Program-made: the position numbers and the translations under genes
Shown: in pieces, positions 37,764 through 46,461 of the stretch
Layout of the letters: each line of letters begins with the position of its first letter
Numbering within the stretch: position 1 is the first letter of the stretch
Source of the DNA: Gemmatimonadales bacterium
Lineage (GTDB): Bacteria; Gemmatimonadota; Gemmatimonadetes; Gemmatimonadales; GWC2-71-9
NCBI GenBank assembly: GCA_041613315.1
Contig: JBFJHJ010000007.1
Span: 1 to 64,000 of the forward strand
DNA: 64,000 nucleotides
Direction of reading: 5' to 3'
Notes under the pieces: generated by a model
Database searches by the model: none
What the model saw: the letters and a program-made list of their open reading frames with translations, nothing else
What the model was told of the DNA's origin: nothing

Positions 37764-40700
37764 CTAGAAGGTCGGTCCGAGACTCAGCGTCCAGTACGCG
37801 CCCGTGTCCTCGCGCGACAGCGGCTTGGCGTAGTCGGCGCGCAGGATCACGATACCCAGCAGGTTGGTGCGGAGCGAGAATCCCACGCTGGTGAGGGGTT
37901 GGCGGACCCGGGCCGGGTCGTCCTGCGGGTGGCGGCGCAGGCGAAGCGCCGCCTCGCTCGTCCACGCCATGCCGGCGTCGAAAAAGATCGCGCCCTCGAT
38001 GGGCGGGAAGCGCAGCGGGGCAAACCCGAGGGCGACGGACCGGACGAGCGGGAATCGCAGCTCCGCGTTGAACACGGCGACGCGGGAGCCGATGAGCTGC
38101 TCGAGGGCGCCGCACGACACGGACGTGCGGGACGGGTCCCGGGCGCACTCGTGCTTGCGGATCGAGCCCGCGGTGTAGCCCCGCACGAGGTCGGGGTTCC
38201 CGAGGAAAATCGGGAAGCGTTCCTCGTCCCGACCGAACCGGCCGAAAAAGACGACCCGCGTGGCGAACGTGAAGCGGCCGACGAGATGGTCGTACCGCCG
38301 GTAGTCTGCCAGTACCTGATGGAACCGCCAGCCCCCGATCGCGGGTGCGTACTCGAAGCGGCTGCGTCGGCCCATCAACGGTCCGACCCAAAAGGGGATC
38401 GAATTGTCGAAGACGAACGCGACCGACGGTTGCACGTAATTGACGGTGCCCAGCGACCGCGCATCACGGTCGAAGCGCGTGGTCTTGGACACGGGGTCGA
38501 ATACCTGCATGAGGTCGAGGCTCGCGCGGGAGACGTTGGCCGCGCGGACGCCCAGCTCGAGCCGCCGGAACCGGTCGAAGGGGCGGTGGGCGGAGAAGAA
38601 CCCCTCCCGGGCGATAAAGCGCTCGAGCGTGACCGTGTACGTCTCGACGCCGGCCGAGTCGGTCGCGATCCCGGCCCCGGTGAAATAGAAGTACGGGGTC
38701 TGGCCCACGCCGGTCGCCCAGTTCACGCGGCGACTCAGGTTGGCGTAGACCCCGAGCACCTGTGCCTCCTCGAGCCGGCCATTCAGCTGGGCTAGCGCGA
38801 GGACCCGCCGGTTCCCCAGCATGTCCGACAGGGAGATCGCGGTCCCGCCGAAGATGCCGCTTCCGAAGTTATCCCGCACGTAGCCGATGGACGGCTGCAC
38901 GATGTAGTCCGGCGACAGCGACGCGGAGTAGTCGCGGAAGATGAAGGCGGAGGTGTCGGGAAGGTGCAGCGCCGCGCTGTCGAGCAGCGCACGGACCGAG
39001 ACCAGCGCCGGCGTGCTGTCCGCCGGCGGTGCCGAGCCGCCGCCGGGCGGGAGCTCGGGTACCGCCCCGTGCGCGACGTGGGGATGCTCATCGGGACCGC
39101 CGTTCCCCGGCGCCGCTGTCCCGTCCGCCGTCGAGGGCGATGCCGACGGGGCCATCAGCGGCGCCACCACCGGCACGTGGGTGTCCGGCGTCCACGGTGT
39201 TTTCTTGAGCGCGCGCGGATGGTCAATGGCGTACACGTTGAACTCGCGCCGCTCGTACACGGTAAACGCCAGCCGGTCGGCTTGGGGCGCCCACGAGATC
39301 GCCGGGGAAAGCGGCGTGATGCCCGACAGGCCGGTGAACAGGTTCGTCAGCTGATACGTCGCGCGCTCGTCCTCGTCGTACAGGAACAGGTTCGGGATCC
39401 CGGTGCGGTCGGACACGAACGCGATGGAGCGCCCGTCGGGCGCCCACTGCGGGTTGAGGTTCTCCCCCACCATCTCGGGCACCCGCTCGATGGCGTGGTT
39501 GTCGAGCCGATAGATCGCGACGGCGAGGGATCCGACCGTGAGCGTGGCGAAATCGGTGGACTCCCCCCGATCGGTGACGAACGCGATGCGGGTGCCGTCA
39601 GGTGACCAGGCGGGGTGCAGGTCGGCGGCGCGATCGTGCGTGAGGCGCTGCAGCCCGGTCCCGTCGGCGTTGATGATGAAGAGGTCCGAGAAGCCACCTT
39701 CGTACCCGGTGAACGCGAGTCGGCGGCCATCGGGGGACCATGACGGCGTCGTGACACCGTGGAGCGGCACCGGGATCCGCGTTCGCACCCGGTGGTGCAG
39801 CATGTCGTAGATGACGAGATCGTCCCGCCCCCCGTGCTTGACCGCGATGGCGAACAGCCGCCCGTCGGGCGACCACGCGCCGGCCGAGTTGAGGAAGCGC
39901 AGGCTCTCGAAGTCGCTGCTGAACGCGCTCTTGATCAGCCGCCGCTGCACGCTGCCGGTTTCAGCGTCGGCCAGATAGAGGTCGATGAAGTACGAGCCGC
40001 CCTCGGAGAAGTACGCGATCTCACGGCCGTCGGGGGAGATGGCCGGGGCGATATGGAGTGTCCCCGGCGTGCGCTCCCCGACCAGCACCGGACGCCCGAC
40101 CTCGCGGGCGCGCTGGTGGTCGGTGAGCTGCGGCAGATAGGTCCGCTGCACGGCGACCTGCCACTCGCGTACCAGCGTCTCGAGCGACATCCCCAGGACC
40201 CGGTGGAACGCCGCGTCCACGCCGGACGCGGCGGCGCCGTGGAGCAGCTCGGCCACCGCACCGTCGCCCCAGCGCTCGCCGATGTAGGACCAGAGCGCGT
40301 GACCGAAGCGGTACGGGGAATAGCGCGGATCGTGGGTGAGCGCGTGCAGCGTCGGGAGCCCGCCCTCCAGCGCCGCGTCCCGCAGCCACATCGCGGTCTG
40401 GGGAGTGACCGGCCCGAGGGCGAGGTACTCGGCCATCCCCTCCATGAACCACAACGGCGGGTTCACGGCGATCAGTTGTTGGATGCCGCCGCCCACGTGG
40501 CCGCGGGCGAAGACGTCGATCTGGAACTGGTGGACGATCTCGTGCTGCAGCATGTGCTCGAACTCCGCGTACGAGCCCGTGAACGGCAGCAACACCCGGT
40601 GGCGGAGGAACTCGGTGACCCCGCCGGTGCCCTCCCCGATGGGGGTGACGTTGTTCTGCTGGAAGTCGGTGTGCGAGGCGAAGAGGATGATGGGGCGGCG

Positions 40701-40940
40701 GTCGCGGTAGTGATGATTCAGCAGCCGGGACAGCCGGGCGTAGGCCCGCTCGGCCATGCGGGCCCCGTCGACCGCAGCCTCCCGCACCGCGTCGTAGTAA
40801 TAGACGTCGAAATGCTCGGTCTCGATGACCGCGAAGTCCAGGTGGCGGTACTGGACGCGGTTCTGGCCGAAGTACTGCGCCAACGCGGGCGTCGGCGCCG
40901 CCATCGTCCCGAGGGCGGCGAGAAGTATGATCGGGCGCAT
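37764..40940 (-). CDS. Omp85/BamA-TamA family barrel with N-terminal zinc metallopeptidase and TolB-like (PD40) propeller
   Basis: Signal peptide; HEIVH..EGMAEY; multiple WSPDG repeats; VRGY, NAELRFPL, FFDAG; terminal Phe. Confidence 0.88.
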   Translation of the reverse strand: MRPIILLAALGTMAAPTPALAQYFGQNRVQYRHLDFAVIETEHFDVYYYDAVREAAVDGARMAERAYARLSRLLNHHYRDRRPIILFASHTDFQQNNVTPIGEGTGGVTEFLRHRVLLPFTGSYAEFEHMLQHEIVHQFQIDVFARGHVGGGIQQLIAVNPPLWFMEGMAEYLALGPVTPQTAMWLRDAALEGGLPTLHALTHDPRYSPYRFGHALWSYIGERWGDGAVAELLHGAAASGVDAAFHRVLGMSLETLVREWQVAVQRTYLPQLTDHQRAREVGRPVLVGERTPGTLHIAPAISPDGREIAYFSEGGSYFIDLYLADAETGSVQRRLIKSAFSSDFESLRFLNSAGAWSPDGRLFAIAVKHGGRDDLVIYDMLHHRVRTRIPVPLHGVTTPSWSPDGRRLAFTGYEGGFSDLFIINADGTGLQRLTHDRAADLHPAWSPDGTRIAFVTDRGESTDFATLTVGSLAVAIYRLDNHAIERVPEMVGENLNPQWAPDGRSIAFVSDRTGIPNLFLYDEDERATYQLTNLFTGLSGITPLSPAISWAPQADRLAFTVYERREFNVYAIDHPRALKKTPWTPDTHVPVVAPLMAPSASPSTADGTAAPGNGGPDEHPHVAHGAVPELPPGGGSAPPADSTPALVSVRALLDSAALHLPDTSAFIFRDYSASLSPDYIVQPSIGYVRDNFGSGIFGGTAISLSDMLGNRRVLALAQLNGRLEEAQVLGVYANLSRRVNWATGVGQTPYFYFTGAGIATDSAGVETYTVTLERFIAREGFFSAHRPFDRFRRLELGVRAANVSRASLDLMQVFDPVSKTTRFDRDARSLGTVNYVQPSVAFVFDNSIPFWVGPLMGRRSRFEYAPAIGGWRFHQVLADYRRYDHLVGRFTFATRVVFFGRFGRDEERFPIFLGNPDLVRGYTAGSIRKHECARDPSRTSVSCGALEQLIGSRVAVFNAELRFPLVRSVALGFAPLRFPPIEGAIFFDAGMAWTSEAALRLRRHPQDDPARVRQPLTSVGFSLRTNLLGIVILRADYAKPLSREDTGAYWTLSLGPTF

Positions 40941-40945
40941 GTCAC

Positions 40946-41260
40946 CTACCGAGGCGGCCAGGTGGAGGCCGAGGGCGCATCCGCCCACAGCCGTTCCAGC
41001 TGATAGTACGCGCGCAGGGTTGGATGAAAGATGTGCACCACGAAATCGATAAAGTCCAGAAGGGCCCACCGGCCGGCCGCCAGCCCCTCGACGTGATGCG
41101 GCCGCCGGCCGGCGCGCCGCAAGGTCTCCGTCACGTGCTCGGCCAGCGCGCGCACATGGGTGTCGGACGACCCCGAGGCGATCACGAAATAGTCGGCGGC
41201 GTCGCTGAGCGTGCGGAGATCCAGCACGCGGATGTCGAGGGCCTTGTGCGCTTCGAGCAT
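40946..41260 (-). CDS. rsfS: Ribosome silencing factor RsfS (start may be up to ~70 nt further upstream)
   Basis: KALDIRVLDL..DYFVIASG..HV, WALLDF.DFVVHIF..RAYYQLERLW. Confidence 0.92.
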   Translation of the reverse strand: MLEAHKALDIRVLDLRTLSDAADYFVIASGSSDTHVRALAEHVTETLRRAGRRPHHVEGLAAGRWALLDFIDFVVHIFHPTLRAYYQLERLWADAPSASTWPPR

Positions 41261-41343
41261 GCCGACCGCGAGCCCGACGTCGCGACGCGCGGAGGTCTCT
41301 CTTTTTCGGGGGCGAGACGTCTTGGAAATGGGTCCGCAGCGGC

Positions 41344-43164
41344 TTAGGGCGCCGGCTCCTCGATCTGGTAGAAGACCGCCCAGGCGCCGGGGCCGGTGTG
41401 CACGCCCAGCGCCGCGGTCACCTGGTTCACGAAGCACTCGTCGGGGGCGTAGCGGCGCAGCAGCTCGTCGCGCAGCCGCGCCGCGACGTCCGGAGCGTCG
41501 CCGTGAGCGACCGCGAGTCGGAAGCGCGCGGGCCGTGGGGTGAGCCGACGGTCGAGGTGGGCCAGGACCCGCGGGATCGTGGCCTCCCGGCCCCGCACGC
41601 GATCCAGCGGGATCACGCGGCCTTCGGGGGTGATGTCGAGCAGCGGCTTGATGTCGAGCAGCCCGCCGAGCCACGCCCGGCCACGGCTGACGCGTCCGGA
41701 TTGCAGCAGGTTCTCCAGCGTGTCCACCGTGAAGATTCCCCCGGAGCGGTCCCGGATGGTTCGCAATTCCTGGACGATCGCCTCGACCGGCACCCCCTCC
41801 TCGGCCAACTCGGCCGCGCGCAGGGCGAGCAGGCCAAGACCGAACGAGGCGGACCGGGAATCGACCACCGTGACGCCGTCCACCCCCGAGGCCCGCGCGG
41901 CCGTCTGCGCGGACGCCAGCGTGCCCGAGAGCAGCCCGCCCACAAACAGACCGATCACCTCATCCGCTTCGGCCCGCGCTTCCTGAAAGGCCCGGGCGAT
42001 CGCCCCCGGCGCCGGCTGCGAGGTGGTGAACCGCTCCTTCGACTCGCGCATGCGCGCATACAGTTCCTGGCCCTGCAGGTCGATCCGGTCGCGGTAGGTC
42101 CGCCCCCCTGCCATCACTTGCACCGGCACCACGACGATCCCATGCCGGTCGATCACCTCGTCGGGGAGGTCGCACGAGGAGTCGACGACGATCGCGATCC
42201 GCCGCCGCGCGGCGTGCCGGGCCCGATGCTGCTCGCGCATGTCGTCGGCCTTCGAGGTCTCCACGGTCCCCCACTCCCGGGCCCGCGCGAACACACGCTC
42301 CGGCGTGTCGGTGTGGACGTGGATCTTGAGGAGGTCCGCGGTCGCCACGACCACGATCGAGCCGCCCAGCTCCCGAAGTGCGGCGCGAACCGCCGTCGTC
42401 GGCGGGAGCGCCGCACCGCGGACCAGCGCTTCCGTGCAGAACTGGTAGTCCTGTTCGGCCAGCACCTGGGTCAGCGCGGCGGCGTCCGGCGGCGTGACGG
42501 CGCCGACCGTCTCGGCGGCCGGAAGGATGGGGTCGCCCTCGATCAGCCGGACGATCCCCTCGAGTACGCGCACGAACGCCTGCCCCCCGGCGTCCACGAC
42601 GCCGGCGTCCTTCAGGACCTGGAGCAGCTCGGGGGTGCGGGCCAGCGCGGCCCGGGCTCGCGACAGGACGTACCGCATGAACGCCGCGATGTCGACCGTG
42701 CGTCGGGCCGCGGCCTCCGCCTCGTCCGCGGCCTCGCGGCAGACCGTGAGGATCGTCCCTTCCACCGGCTCGTCGAGCCCGCGGTAGACTCCGTCGGCAC
42801 CGGCGCGAATGGCGCGGGCCACTTCGGCTGCGGTCGCGGCCCGTACGTCACCCAGCGCTTCCCGGAACCCCAGCAGGAAGTGCGACAAGAGCATCCCGGA
42901 GTTGCCCCGGGCGCCAAACACACAGGCCTCGGCCATCACGCGGGTAATCTGCGGCAGCTCCGCGCCTTCCAGCGGGCGCACCCCTTCCGCGGCGGCCCGG
43001 AGCGTCATCGCGAAATTGGTCCCGGTGTCACCGTCGGGGACCGGAAAGACGTTGATGCGGTTGAGCTCCTCGCGACCGGCATCCACCCAGTCCGCGGCCG
43101 CAAGCAGCGAGCGCCTGAGGCGTGCGCCGTCGAGGTACGTGATGCCGACGGCGACGGCGGTCAC
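41344..43164 (-). CDS. DAK2 (FakA-like) - DegV (FakB-like) fusion, putative fatty-acid kinase
   Basis: NVFPVPDGDTGTN, GARGNSG, EGTILTV, VVDAGG; then DSSCDLP, TTSQP, LSGT, VVDS, HTGPG. Confidence 0.9.
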   Translation of the reverse strand: MTAVAVGITYLDGARLRRSLLAAADWVDAGREELNRINVFPVPDGDTGTNFAMTLRAAAEGVRPLEGAELPQITRVMAEACVFGARGNSGMLLSHFLLGFREALGDVRAATAAEVARAIRAGADGVYRGLDEPVEGTILTVCREAADEAEAAARRTVDIAAFMRYVLSRARAALARTPELLQVLKDAGVVDAGGQAFVRVLEGIVRLIEGDPILPAAETVGAVTPPDAAALTQVLAEQDYQFCTEALVRGAALPPTTAVRAALRELGGSIVVVATADLLKIHVHTDTPERVFARAREWGTVETSKADDMREQHRARHAARRRIAIVVDSSCDLPDEVIDRHGIVVVPVQVMAGGRTYRDRIDLQGQELYARMRESKERFTTSQPAPGAIARAFQEARAEADEVIGLFVGGLLSGTLASAQTAARASGVDGVTVVDSRSASFGLGLLALRAAELAEEGVPVEAIVQELRTIRDRSGGIFTVDTLENLLQSGRVSRGRAWLGGLLDIKPLLDITPEGRVIPLDRVRGREATIPRVLAHLDRRLTPRPARFRLAVAHGDAPDVAARLRDELLRRYAPDECFVNQVTAALGVHTGPGAWAVFYQIEEPAP

Positions 43165-43607
43165 GTGTCCTTCACGACCCACACCCGCACGTGGCCCTGC
43201 ACCTCGGGATGGAGGCGCACCGCCACCGTGTGGGCCCCGATCATTCGGATCGGCTCTTCCAGCTGCACCGCCCGCTTGTCCACCGGCACGCCTTTGGTGG
43301 TCAATTGCTCGGCGATGTCGCCCGAGGTCACCGAGCCGAACAGCTTGTCGCCGTCACCGGCCTTGGCGGTGAAGTGCAGCTCGAGCTCGGCGAGCCGGGC
43401 CGCCACGGCTTCGGCGTCGCTCTTCCCGGCCGCCTGGAGCGCGGCGGTGTGCCTGCTCTCGGCCTCGACGCGGCGCTTGTTGCCCGGCGTGGCCGGATAC
43501 GCGAGGCCCCGCGGGAGCAGGTAGTTGCGCGCGTACCCGTCCTTCACCTGGACCACCTGGCCGGCGCGCCCGACCTTGGCGATCGTCTCACGTAGAATGA
43601 CTTCCAT
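43161..43607 (-). CDS. rplI: 50S ribosomal protein L9
   Basis: MEVIL..VKDGYARNYLLP, KLFGSVT, LHPEV. Confidence 0.97.
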   Translation of the reverse strand: MEVILRETIAKVGRAGQVVQVKDGYARNYLLPRGLAYPATPGNKRRVEAESRHTAALQAAGKSDAEAVAARLAELELHFTAKAGDGDKLFGSVTSGDIAEQLTTKGVPVDKRAVQLEEPIRMIGAHTVAVRLHPEVQGHVRVWVVKDT

Positions 43608-43610
43608 GGC

Positions 43611-44573
43611 TCACTTACTCGCTGGCGGTGTCAGCCACCGCCGTCTGAAGTCCAACCCCGAATCCAGTACACCCAGAACGATGCTGCCGGCCGTCGCCAC
43701 TGGCAACATGAGCAGTGCGAGGAGGCCGAGCCCCAGCGCCAGGCCGAGGCCACCGGCCCCCGCGAAGGCGAGCCCGAACGCCGCCACCGCCACGCCGCGA
43801 AGCGCGTACAGCCCCGCCGCCACGACCAGCAAGTTCGCGGCCGCCGCCTTGACGGCGGCCAGCTTGGGAAGCACGACCACGGCGAGGGACAGCACCGCCG
43901 CCCACCCCAGGTGCTCGGTGAAGCGGAAGTCCCGCAGTCGCCCGAGCGGCCGCCCGATCGGGCGCGCCGCCACCCGCTGGGCAATCGCCGTGGCCAGGGC
44001 GAACGCCGCCAGCAGTTCCAGCGCGAGCAGCGCCGGATAGTAGCGCGAGACCACCTCAACCAGCGTGACGAGCCACGCTTCGAATTCCACCAGCGGCTGC
44101 GCGGCCCCGCCGCCCAAGGGTCGCGCGGACGCCCACAATTGACCGATCAGGGTGCGTGCGCTGAGCCCGGTCCGGTGGGCCACCGACCAGCGGAGTGCCC
44201 CCCACGACGACCCGAGGGCGACGAACAGGGTGACGAGACCGGCCGCCGCCCCGCCGATCGCCACGAGCGCGCGGTGGGTCACCGAAAGCCTCGTCCGCAG
44301 GCTGGCCGTCACGAAGAGCACGGTGGCGAAAACGGCCGCCGCGCGCAGCGTTTGATCCGGAAGCGCACCTCGCGCGAAGAGCCACCACCCGCCGATGCCC
44401 GCCGCCACGCCCAGCGTCACGAACTCGACCTTGGCCCGCGGCCGGGCGGCCGCGAGGAGGGCGGCGAGGGGGAGGGCCAACAGCGCCGGTGGGGCGACGA
44501 GGGCAAACGCGGCCACGGCGGCCACGAGTCGCCCGAGCCCGCCCGTGGGGGTCCGCTCGGACGGGGACGACAC
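43611..44573 (-). CDS. DUF2232/YybS family membrane protein
   Basis: Polytopic; located between rpsR and rplI; C-terminal LGVLDSGLDFRRR. Confidence 0.75.
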   Translation of the reverse strand: MSSPSERTPTGGLGRLVAAVAAFALVAPPALLALPLAALLAAARPRAKVEFVTLGVAAGIGGWWLFARGALPDQTLRAAAVFATVLFVTASLRTRLSVTHRALVAIGGAAAGLVTLFVALGSSWGALRWSVAHRTGLSARTLIGQLWASARPLGGGAAQPLVEFEAWLVTLVEVVSRYYPALLALELLAAFALATAIAQRVAARPIGRPLGRLRDFRFTEHLGWAAVLSLAVVVLPKLAAVKAAAANLLVVAAGLYALRGVAVAAFGLAFAGAGGLGLALGLGLLALLMLPVATAGSIVLGVLDSGLDFRRRWLTPPASK

Positions 44574-44578
44574 GGCTG

Positions 44579-44800
44579 CTAGCGGCCGGCGGTCCGAATG
44601 AACGAGAGCAGCGCGAGGTGCCGGGCGCGCTTGATCGCGATGGCCAGCTGGCGCTGGTGGCGGGCACACATCCCCGAGAGCCGGCTGGGGATGATCTTCC
44701 CGCGCTCCGTGACGAAGCGTCCCAGGGCCCGTTCGTCCTTGTAATCGAGAACCCGGACCCCCATCTCGCAAACCGGGCAGGTCTTGCGGTAGCGTCGCAT
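44579..44800 (-). CDS. rpsR: 30S ribosomal protein S18
   Basis: CPVC..DYKD, GKIIPSRLSG..HQRQL..AIKRAR. Confidence 0.97.
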   Translation of the reverse strand: MRRYRKTCPVCEMGVRVLDYKDERALGRFVTERGKIIPSRLSGMCARHQRQLAIAIKRARHLALLSFIRTAGR

Positions 44801-45153
44801 CAGTCGTCGCCCTCGCTGTCCCCGTCCGTCCGGGCCGCCTGGGCCGGCACCGGCTGGGGACCCTCGTTCACCACGACGAGGTAGCGCAGCACCTGTTCGT
44901 CGAGCTTGATCGCCCGTTCGTACTCGGGAAGCCGATCCGGTGCCGTTTCGAACTTCGCGACCACGTAATAGCCCACCTCTTTGTTCTTGATCGGGTAGGC
45001 CAGCGTGCGCTTGCCCCAGTGGGCCATGGCGCTGACGGGCGTGGACGCGTCCGGGACTTTGAGGAGCTCGTGAAACCGCTCCAGGTGCTCGTTCACCTGG
45101 GTCTCCTCCAGCGCACTATCGAAGATGTAGACCGTCTCGTACTGGCGTGTCAT
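44800..45153 (-). CDS. rpsF: 30S ribosomal protein S6
   Basis: RQYETVYI, WGKRTLAYPIK..GYY, VLRYLVV; SD AAAGGA. Confidence 0.96.
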   Translation of the reverse strand: MTRQYETVYIFDSALEETQVNEHLERFHELLKVPDASTPVSAMAHWGKRTLAYPIKNKEVGYYVVAKFETAPDRLPEYERAIKLDEQVLRYLVVVNEGPQPVPAQAARTDGDSEGDD

Positions 45154-45215
45154 AGGCACCATCCTTTGGACGTAGCGACCCCGGCCGGTGCCCGGCCGGA
45201 GTAGGTGATGTGGAG
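45154..45215 (-). promoter_or_regulatory. Structured rpsF leader, possible S6:S18 autoregulatory RNA
   Basis: -10 TACCTT at 45226-45221; CCGGCCGG hairpin at 45181-45199; CATCACCT can pair with the SD-containing AGGATGGTG. Confidence 0.35.
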
Positions 45216-45252
45216 CGCGTAAGGTAATCGTGGACTCGGGCGGGGGGTAGGG

Positions 45253-46353
45253 TCACACGTTGAACCGGAACAGCAGCACGTCGCCGTCCTGCACCACGTA
45301 CTCCCGCCCCTCACTCCGCAGCAGCCCCTCCTCTCTGGCCGCCTTATAGGACCCCGCCCGGACGAAGTCCTCGTGCGGCACCGTCTCCGCTCGAATGAAG
45401 CCGCGCTGGAAATCGGAGTGGATCTCCCCGGCGGCGTCGTACGCCGTCTCGCCTCTGGGGATGGTCCACGCACGCACTTCGTTGTCGCCGACCGTGAAGA
45501 ACGTCTCGAGGCCCAGGAGCCGGTAGCTGGCGTGGATCAGCCGGTCCAGCCCCGGCTCCTCAACGCCGGCGCTCGCCAGGAACTCGGCCCGCTCCGCCGG
45601 CGCGAGCTCCGCCAACTCCTCCTCGAACCGGGCCGAGAAGGGCACGACGTCCGCCAGCTCGTGGTGCTCCCGCGCGGCGCGGCGGAGCACCTCGACGGCC
45701 GGGCCGCCACCCGACGCCAGGTCGGCCTCGTTCACGTTGGCGGCGTACAGCACCGGCTTGGCGGTGAGAATCCCGAGCTGGCGCAGCTGGCGCAACTCGG
45801 CGAGGGTGCCGGCCGCCTCTCGGGCCCCGCGCCCGGCGTTCAGCTCCGTCTCGACGCGCTCGAGGAACGCCACTTCCGCCTGATGGTCCTTGTTCCCGCT
45901 GCGGGCCGTCTTGCGGATCTTCTCGAGCCGGCGTTCGATGACGCCGAGGTCCGCCAGGGCGAGCTCGCTGGTGACGATGTCGTGGTCCCGCTCCGGATCC
46001 ACGCCCCCGGCCACGTGGGTCACGTCCGGGTCCTCGAAACAGCGGACCACGTGGACGATCGCATCCACCTCTCGGATGTGGCCGAGGAACTGGTTGCCCA
46101 ACCCCTCGCCTTCGCTCGCTCCCGCGACGAGGCCGGCGATATCCACGAATTCCACGAACGCCGGGACGACCGCCCGGGGTCGGACCACGTCGGCCAGGCT
46201 CGAGAGCCGCGGATCCGGGACGGTCACGACGCCCACGTTGGGCTCGACGGTGCAAAACGGATAGTTCTCCGCCGCCGCCCCCGCATTGGTGAGCGCATTG
46301 AACAGCGTGGACTTTCCGACGTTGGGGAGGCCGACGATGCCGAGACGGAGCAT
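45253..46353 (-). CDS. ychF: Redox-regulated ATPase YchF
   Basis: GIVGLPNVGKST, NYPFCTVEPN, DIAGLV..GLGNQFL, IHSDFQRGFIRAE, FRFNV. Confidence 0.97.
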   Translation of the reverse strand: MLRLGIVGLPNVGKSTLFNALTNAGAAAENYPFCTVEPNVGVVTVPDPRLSSLADVVRPRAVVPAFVEFVDIAGLVAGASEGEGLGNQFLGHIREVDAIVHVVRCFEDPDVTHVAGGVDPERDHDIVTSELALADLGVIERRLEKIRKTARSGNKDHQAEVAFLERVETELNAGRGAREAAGTLAELRQLRQLGILTAKPVLYAANVNEADLASGGGPAVEVLRRAAREHHELADVVPFSARFEEELAELAPAERAEFLASAGVEEPGLDRLIHASYRLLGLETFFTVGDNEVRAWTIPRGETAYDAAGEIHSDFQRGFIRAETVPHEDFVRAGSYKAAREEGLLRSEGREYVVQDGDVLLFRFNV

Positions 46354-46363
46354 GGAGAATGAC

Positions 46364-46447
46364 GTGAACTGTGATCGGTGAAAAGGGAATGGTGGGCGTG
46401 ACTCGTGGCGAGCCCACCCGCTTCACTCTTCACTTTTCGCGGTTCAC
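46364..46447. repeat. Intergenic palindrome of heptamer repeats, same family as 5930-6009
   Basis: GTGAACT GTGATCG GTGAAAA GGGAATG ... GCTTCAC TCTTCAC TTTTCGC GGTTCAC around an inner GGTGGGC/GCCCACC stem. Confidence 0.75.
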
Positions 46448-46461
46448 GCTCCTTTCCGTGC

